From Octopus bimaculoides (taxonomy: Eukaryota), in contig NC_068997.1 in assembly GCF_001194135.2 (NCBI RefSeq), positions 7,573,364-7,618,724 on the forward strand: a DNA stretch of 45,361 nucleotides, read 5' to 3'. The notes beneath the pieces are model-generated. The model did no database searches and had not been told where the DNA came from. It worked only from the letters and a program-made list of their open reading frames with translations. This document shows positions 37,640 through 45,361 of the stretch, piece after piece (the first letter of the stretch is position 1; the number at the start of each line of letters is the position of its first letter). The position numbers and the translations under genes were made by a program.

Positions 37640-39150
37640 CGCATTGTTTTCCCTTATTCTCAAGGTAGCACTTGTTATTGTGACGATTGATTCTGCTTTC
37701 TAGCTATGTTTTCTGGTTATCTCTATTTTCAGATCTTTGTATTTCGATAGCTTTTTTTTCTGTAATGTGTAGGAATTGATACTTTGATTACAAGGCGCTT
37801 CCTTTCCCACTAGCTCTTTACAGCATTATTCGGTAAGTATCCCTTAATCTCCTGATTTGTTTCGATTGGCATGTTCCAGAACTTGGTTATCTTGTCATTC
37901 TTTGACTTTTTCTCATGTCCCTTTCTTCCATCTCTTTTTCGTCAATATTTCTTATAATGCTGCTATAATTTCCACTGCACAAAATCTTCCTCTCTGTGAT
38001 GCTTAGACATGTATTTTGTTTTCTTTCTTTTTCATAAACTCCACATGTTCTATAGTTACATTTTGTATCATTTTACTACATGTTTTGGGGAAAATTTGTG
38101 ACCTTTTTTTTTCATGTTACAACCAGAAATCCTTCGGTTTCAGTTTTTAAATTTCCATTCCCCGGCCGCTGCTGCATTTCCCCCTATCTTCCATCCCTAT
38201 GTTCAGCCATGTCAGGTATTTCCCTGCACTATTTCTTCTTGTCATCATTTTAGCATCGCATAATACTGACCCATTTTCAAAAACATTATTTTTGTTGTTC
38301 GTTCTCGTTTCTTCAAGCAACTGTCCGTTTCCTCTGTTGTTGTTTTTGTATTTTTTTGTGAAAGGAACTGCTTTTCGTTTTCTTTCCCTTTTAGTTTCTG
38401 CATATACTTTTGTTGTCCAACACTAGAAATTTTATAATCAATTCCTAGTTGCAGTAATCTCCTACCTCCCCCTGTTGGTCGTAAATATTAATATTTTTGC
38501 GTCGGATATTGCGCGGAGCATTAAAATGCAGTCTTTATTATTTTTGTTTCCTGTCCAGCCTTTCTAATTAACTTAGCATCAATTTGAGTGTTGTAATGTG
38601 TCTACTACATTAATTCCTAATTATTTATAAGTCTACGTTTGCTCTAATTCTCTGTCTCTGTTTCCTCATCAAATATGATATTATTGATTGTTTTTTTTTA
38701 TATTAATTTTCCTTCTATAATTTTGCCTTTGCTCAATTTTTTAATCTAAAACTTATATCAATGTTTCTAGTAAATCAGTTTCTAACTGTATTTACAGATG
38801 TTTACCGTCTGCAGTGTACAACCTAAGGCGGTTCATATACAAAAGCTGATTTGACGGTCTTCGTATAGCATTTGTATTCGAATCTAGTCTGATTTCATAT
38901 CGAGTAACATTGAGACAGGGAGTTCACTTGGAAGAGAGATGGTATTTGTTTTTATAATTCTTCTCTTATTAACATTTATAGAATTATTTGTCATTTATTC
39001 ATAACATGTTCGATGTTCCTTTTGTCCTTCTTATTGTTATTTAATCATTAAACTTTGTCTTTGGGGAAGTTTTCTTGTTGTTAGGAATTGAATTCGGTAA
39101 CTATTTCCACATTTAGATTATTGTCATATTCAGAAGTTCCATCTTTTCAA
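37640..39150 (-). mobile_element. Highly degenerate R4/Dong-type LINE (RT + RLE)
   Basis: Ordered remnants: FQVNSLS (~FQGDSLS, 38913-38933), LLYMNRLRLY (~LFYMDDLKLY, 38816-38848), GNLKTETEGF (38127-38156), FWNMPIETNQEIK and KLSKYKDLKIEITR (37712-37753). Confidence 0.78.
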
Positions 39151-39539
39151 TTTATTATTCTTAATTCTTCTTCCGATGTACTTTCTATTCGTCTCCTTGT
39201 TTTTGTCATTCTAGTTCGGTTTTCGTCGCTCAGTATTTTCTAGGTCTTTTAGGATTTCATTTTGTTCAATGTTATTAGATTTATTTTGCTTATGAAAGGT
39301 TTTTGTTGTTTACGTTTTAAATGTCTTTGTTTTATTCTCATTAGCATTTTCATTACTTGTCTTTTCATATGTATTCATTATATTAAGTGTTTTATTTATG
39401 CCTGATATATTTTCGCTTTGAGAATGTATCTTTTAAAATTAGATACACTCTCTGGGTATCGAAAGTTACTTAAAGATAATAGTTATTTTCTTATATTATT
39501 TACATTTGACGGATTTTTGTCCTCATCTTGTTTGTTCTT

Positions 39540-39585
39540 AACACAATGTTTCGGCTGATATACCCTCCAGCCTTCGCCAGGTGTC
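39540..39585 (-). ncRNA. Minimal type I hammerhead ribozyme motif (degenerate copy)
   Basis: GACAC-CUGGCGA-A-GGCUG(GAGGGUAUAU)CAGCC-GAAA-CA-UU-GUGUU. Stems I and II are intact; core A6 is G and G16.2 is A. Confidence 0.68.
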
Positions 39586-39632
39586 TTGGGGAAATTTCGA
39601 ACCTGGGTTCTCATTCCTAAGGTATTTTTCGA

Positions 39633-39691
<59 letters not shown>

Positions 39692-39723
39692 TCACTGCTT
39701 GGAATCGAACTCGGAATCTTGGA

Positions 39724-39795
<72 letters not shown>

Positions 39796-39874
39796 TAATA
39801 ACAATAATAATAATAGCAACAACAACATCGAAAAATACCTTAGGAATGAGAACCCAGGTTCGAAATTTCCCCAA

Positions 39875-39920
39875 GACACCTGACGAAGGCTGGAGGGTAT
39901 ATCAGACGAAACTTTGTGTT
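39875..39920 (+). ncRNA. Minimal type I hammerhead ribozyme motif (degenerate copy)
   Basis: GACAC-CUGACGA-A-GGCUG(GAGGGUAUAU)CAGAC-GAAA-CU-UU-GUGUU. The core CUGANGA and stem I are intact; there is one mismatch in stem II and G16.2 is changed to U. Confidence 0.72.
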
Positions 39921-40638
39921 AACAACAAACAAGATGAGGACAAATATCAAATGTAAATAATGTACATAACTCCTCATCTCTTAAATATAGAACTGTGTTA
40001 TTTTCTTTCCTGATATGAAATGAAGAGGCTGTAGTAGTCTCATGTTTCGTAGAGTGTGTCGCTGTAAAATGTAGTTAGAGTGCAACAGATAATACAGTCA
40101 CAAATTAATCTTGCGTTCATTTATACCTTTTATGTTTTATACGCAGCATTTAAGGAGTAAAGCCGAGTCCTTTACCTAGAATGTGATCCTTTTAATCGGG
40201 TAATCGTGTATTTGCTTCAGGTAATACACACTCCAATTGGCGTGCACACACTCCATTTAACTTTTAACTCTGTACCGAATGATAGTATTTCCAATTTAAT
40301 TTTGACACTGCCGAGAACTAGGTATGTTTGCTGTTGATTTAACTTGTGTTAGTGTGACTACATGTGAATGCAATCGGATCATTAGTGTAAAATGTTTGCA
40401 ATATATTACTTTGATAAGGAAAAAAATCATTAATATTTCACTTCTAACTTAACGCATCACTTTTGCAGACATTCTTCATCACTTCATAATTTTTATCAAT
40501 TGTTTTCGATTTTCTTCGTTGCTGTTGGTTACTTTTCGAAAAAATGAAGTACTGCTCTCTCATTTTAATTCTTCTTCTTCTTCTTCTTCTTCTTCTTCTT
40601 CTTCTTCTTCTTCTTCTTCTTCTTCTTCTTTTTTGTCG

Positions 40639-40720
<82 letters not shown>

Positions 40721-40721
<1 letters not shown>

Positions 40722-40883
40722 GACAGGCTTCTTTCAGTTTCTGTCTACCAAATCCACTCACTAGGCTTCAGTCAGTCTGAGGCTATAGTAGAAGACACTT
40801 GCCCAAGGTGCCACGCAGTTGAACTGAACCTGGAACCATGTTGTTGGGAACCAAGCTTCGTACCACTTACTTATGCCTGAGCC
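40721..40883 (-). mobile_element. SINE family A, 5' half
   Basis: gaagacacttgcccaaggtgccacgcag...ggaaccatg, followed by (TA)/(CA) repeats. Confidence 0.82.
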
Positions 40884-42085
40884 TGTCCTAGCAATAGCCA
40901 ATATTAAGTATCATAACATTAAAAATCTTTCCTGTATTCTTTCCAATTTTAGTTGAGTGCTGTTCATGCTACCATACATAACAACCACAATGATAAAAAC
41001 AACAATGACAATAACAAACAACAAACAAGAACGAAACTACAACAACAACAACAACAACAACAACAACGAAATCATGAAAAGATCTTTAAAAGCTTCATTG
41101 TTTTTTGTCGACGTTGTTCAATGTTCTGGAGAGAGATCTTTAATTCCATATTTCGATGTCAAATCTGGTGAAATTCCTGAATGTTCGATTGGAAAGCAGA
41201 ACGGAAGGTAATAGTCACTGATGCATGAAATTACTTGGATCTCATCTATCTTGTAGTACAAGATTAACAAATATTACTGGCCTGGATACATATATCAAAC
41301 CACCATCTTTTACTCTCCATTCCATCCCTTCTGCCGTTGGCCTAGGCATGTGCATGTGCGCATGCGTGCGCTCTTGTGTTTCTGCATGTCTGTGCGTCTG
41401 TGCGTATGTGTTTTATCTCTCTCTCTTTCTCGCCTGTTTTCACTCATTATTTACACTATACATTGTCTTTTTTTCTTTCTTTCCTGTCGCCATGTCTTCT
41501 GTCCGACATATCTTATTAATTTAGACTTCATTTCTTTCTTTCCTTCCTTTTCTCTCTCTCTCATCCTTTACGTCCAACAGGTTTATTTCTTACCTATTCT
41601 TTGTTCTTTCATTATTTTTCTTTTCTTTTCTTTCTATTGACATAGATTCCTTCAAACTTTCTTTTCTTTAATTCATTCCTTTAATTCTATCTTTAATTTT
41701 CTTCCTTTTTTTCATTTTCTTTTTCTTCTTTTCCTTCTCTTCTGCCTCAAATATTCTTCCATGCCTTTTTCTTTACTTCTTATATTTATTTTCAATCTTT
41801 CTTTCTCTCCGTTTTGATCTCCTCTTTCTTTTTTCATGTCTCTCTCTCTGTCTTGCTATCTCTCTGTCTCTCTCTGTCTCTGTCTGTTTGTCTGTCTGTC
41901 TGTCAGTCTGTTTCTGTCTGTTTGTCTCTGCCTCTGTCTCTGTCTGTCTGTCTGTCTGTCTGTCTCTCCTCCCCCCTCTCTCTCTGTTCGTGAATATTTC
42001 TAATCAAACATTCAAGACTTTCACCTGCTGTTGACCTGGAAATATGTAATTGAAAATCTCTACAGAAAATTGAGCAGCACTAGTG

Positions 42086-42123
<38 letters not shown>

Positions 42124-42503
42124 TATGTATAGCCATTATTGTTCAGCTGTAAATCTATATAAGTGACTCCGCCGACGAGAATATCTTTCATACCACTTAT
42201 CTATCTATGTTGTAAATCACAAATTTTCTCTTTCTATAATAGAAAATATGAGACTGCTATCGAAATATCATTGATGTGTCACGTGACAGCAATATTTTCA
42301 AAATGTGACGGTCTCTACCCAATCAAGCACAGAGAAAGAATTTAAATGATTATTTTAGTAAGAAAATACAAATATATGCGCTTATATTTCTATTTGGGTG
42401 CTTCTATGTTTATGTAAGTTATTTAGATGCTATTTCTAGTGAGTCGAGCGATTACATAGACGGCCACCATAGCACTTTATTACATAGAGAAATGTGTGTA
42501 TAT

Positions 42504-42597
<94 letters not shown>

Positions 42598-42612
42598 ATA
42601 TATATATGTATA

Positions 42613-42745
42613 TATTCATTCACAAAACTTTGGTCAGCTCGAGGCTATAGTACAAAAAACTTGCTCAAGGTATCACGCAGTGGGAGTGAACCCGGAACAA
42701 TATGGCTGAGAAGCAAGCTTCTTACCACACAGCCACACCTGCGCC
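42613..42745 (-). mobile_element. SINE family A, 5' half
   Basis: cttaccacacagccacacctgcgcc is the reverse complement of the family head. Confidence 0.82.
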
Positions 42746-43454
42746 TATAAAATCCAAATGTGTGTATGTGTGTGCCTGCGTGTGTGTGTGAGTGTGTGCA
42801 TGTGTATGTGTATGTGAGCATGTGTGTGTGTACGTGTGTGTGTACGTGTGTGATATAATGTAAACCACAAATCTTGTAAAATACAGCTACCCAGGGATTC
42901 CTGACCGAAACATTAATTCATTTCGCTATTTTCCAAGATCGTTTGTCAGTTGCCATTAAAGCAGATAACGTTTGAACAAAGACGCCCATAAGAAAGAAGA
43001 CAGAAAGAAAAACACACGGGAGATAACTAACTTTACAATGAAATGCCAAAAACGCCTAAACAAGTTATTAATGGTTTACAGTGTCCATTGGCCTGTTTTT
43101 AAATTTTGCCATGATGTATTTCTTAAAATGCGGGCATTTTCCTGGAATTTACATGGTTGGTTGAGAGTCTCACGTTCTTTTAGAAGTATAGATTTTCAAG
43201 AGAACATACTGGACATCTTTTTCACTCGATTACATCAGTGTTCTTTGTTCACACGTAATTTTTCCAGAGAAGCGACTGAAAAACGGTTTTGTTCTCAGCT
43301 TCAAAAAAATGGCGAAATAAATTTTTCAACCACGAAAACCTGGGTTGCTGTAATTAACAAAACTTGTGGATTTCATTATCCTTACTCTCTTAGCTGAACT
43401 ATTATTATTCTACATGTACACTTTATACATTACACACACACGCTCGCACGCACG

Positions 43455-43552
<98 letters not shown>

Positions 43553-43778
43553 GTCAGTAGCTAGTACCCGCTTGCGAGTACTACGTCTTAGCAGGCTTTC
43601 AAGAATATGCTTGCTTTAAGTAAGATATACAGATTGCTCTTTAGAACTAATACTGCTTCCGTCGCTAATAACGAAACACACACATGCGCGCCCACACACA
43701 TACACACATACACACACACATACATGTATATATGTATGCATACAATATATACATGCATACATATATATATATAAATAT

Positions 43779-44018
43779 GGCGGCGAGCTGGCAGAATCGT
43801 TAGCACGCCGGGTGAAATGCTTAGCGGTATTTCGTCTGCCGTTGCGTTCTGAGTTTACATTCTGCCGAGGTCGACTTTGTTTTTCATCTTTTTGGGGTCG
43901 ATTAAATAAGTACCAGTTACACACTGGGGTCGACTTAATCGACTGTGATCGACTTTATCCCTTTGTCTGTCTTTGTTGTCCCCTCTGTGCTTAGCCCCCT
44001 GTTGGCAATAAAGAAATA
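43779..44018 (+). mobile_element. SINE family B variant with a different 3' tail
   Basis: Standard head and core, but it ends ttatccctttgtctgtc...gcaataaagaaata instead of ccttgtgcctagagtagaaaag. Confidence 0.85.
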
Positions 44019-44315
44019 TATATGTATGCATACATACGTGTGTAATTGTGTGTTGTGTATGTCTATTTAGACATGAAACTGTATAGGACATACAAATACG
44101 TGTGCCTGCCATATTATATATTATAAATTCTTCTTCGGCCAACAGGTGGGGGTAGTGCAGTACAAGTAACATCCACTGAAAATTATTCATCTGCAGAGGT
44201 ACTTCCTGCACACTAAATCTTAGTAAAATCATTGAATTGGTTGGTTGGCAGAAACCTAAAAATGCACTTGTAACTTACTCTAAAATGCCTCATCTGATAT
44301 GTATATCTATCTATG

Positions 44316-44369
<54 letters not shown>

Positions 44370-45030
44370 GCTATCTATCTATCTATCTATCTATATACAC
44401 ACACACATATATATGTATGTATATATATATATATCCCTTTCTCCAACTTTTCCCTCTTTCCTCCTTTCTCTCTATCTTACTCTCTCTCTTTCTCTAGCGT
44501 TACCTTGTATTCTTTTGTTGTATTGTTATAAATTCACACTAATTCTTCAATTCCTCGAGTTGGTGATGCTGTTGAGGATGATGACGACGAGGAGGAAGCG
44601 CATAATATCTGTTGTGGTGGTGAGTTGGTGGCGGTGGTAGATGTTGGAAAGTTTCGATAGAAGAGGTCGAAAGACAGTGATTTAATGGTAGAATCTTTTG
44701 TGCTATTATCCTCACAATTGAGAGGGACGATGGAGAATGAGATGAGAAGAGAAACATATTGAGAGGAAAGACAGGGGGGAAAAAGGGCTTGAAGGAAGGA
44801 GGTGAAATGGAAGCGATGGAAGAAGTAGGTCGTTTTATTTTTTAATTTTGGAATACGTACTAAAATGTAAGAAAAAATAGCCGCGAAAATGGAGGCGAGC
44901 CACCATGATGATATATAGGCCATAGAGACAGATAAAAACTGTGTCTAGTACTGACTGCCTTTCATTTTATCTATTTATCTTTTTTATTCATCTCCTTCCT
45001 TCTGTGTACGGCTATTGAACTTCCACTGTC

Positions 45031-45070
<40 letters not shown>
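45031..45070. repeat. (CTAT)n microsatellite abutting the Tx1-like element
   Basis: Directly visible. Confidence 0.95.
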
Positions 45071-45074
45071 GTCT

Positions 45075-45361
45075 TCGGTAGTTCGCGTCAATGGGCATCT
45101 ATCAAGACCCTTCGACATTGCACGTTCGGTCCGTCAGGGATGCCCCCTCTCGTCGCTTCTGTACGTGTTGACTCTCGAGCCACTACTGCGGAAGCTGGCG
45201 ACGCTGAGGGGCATCCCGCGAGAGTTGGGATGCGGGACGAGCGTGTCGGCATACGCGGACGACGTCACCGTCATAGTGTCTAGCCAAAAGCACATCGAGC
45301 TTGTCGGCGAGACACTGAGAGACTACGAAGCGGTAACGGGAGCGAAAATCAACCGGGATAA
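45075..45361 (+). mobile_element. Tx1/L1-clade LINE reverse transcriptase, 5'-truncated, runs off the window
   Basis: An open, GC-rich frame SVVRVNGHLSRPFDIARSVRQGCPLSSLLYVLTLEPLLRKL...SAYADDVTV...YEAVTGAKINRD contains the RT motifs QGCPLS and YADD. Confidence 0.92.

Larger units (their letters stand above)
39493..39996. mobile_element. Palindromic (diverging inverted dimer) hammerhead-bearing PLE-type cassette with 11-bp TSD
   Basis: The arms ~39495-39693 and 39722-~39962 are reverse complements around a 28-nt spacer. GTTATTTTCTT is directly repeated at 39482-39492 and 39997-40007. Confidence 0.88.

Noticed and set aside
39538-39883. Twin ORFs MSWGNFEPGFSFLRYFSMLLLL on both strands (also at 33504)
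   Set aside because: A by-product of the palindromic repeat plus (ATT)n; it resembles a signal peptide only through poly-Leu.
42241-42300. NDISIAV resembling the Asp102 motif of the protease
   Set aside because: There are in-frame stops two codons upstream and shortly downstream, and no splice context.
43558-43585. Short hairpin ending in CTAG, like a Helitron 3' end
   Set aside because: CTAG overlaps the stem and is not followed by T, and there is no matching 5' TC end.
44534-44923. 129-aa minus-strand ORF with a Ser/Thr-rich end
   Set aside because: Low-complexity and purine/pyrimidine-biased, with no motif and not part of an S1 domain.

Overview
AT-rich, repeat-saturated animal genomic DNA from a draft assembly with 14 N-gaps and dense microsatellites. 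The SINE families and overall texture point to an octopus (coleoid cephalopod) genome; that is an inference. The only host gene I can support is the 3' part of a chymotrypsin-family (S1) serine protease on the minus strand. It has two coding exons (35219-35355 and 26340-26504) joined by an ~8.7 kb GT-AG intron; the His57/Asp102 exons are not in the window. The rest is transposon debris: at least four SINE-like families, and LINE fragments (CR1/L2-type, RTE, R4/Dong-type RLE, Tx1/L1 ORF1 and RT). There are also mariner and Helitron remnants, and Penelope-like element (PLE) pieces. The most interesting signal is a short mobile repeat whose consensus folds into a minimal type I hammerhead ribozyme. 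It has four core-containing copies, each individually mutated. It carries a Pol III B-box remnant upstream, inserts as diverging inverted dimers (one with an 11-bp target-site duplication), and in one place abuts a Penelope GIY-YIG coding fragment. Most ORFs in the supplied track are microsatellite or N-gap artefacts. All family assignments are from motif recognition, not database searches.
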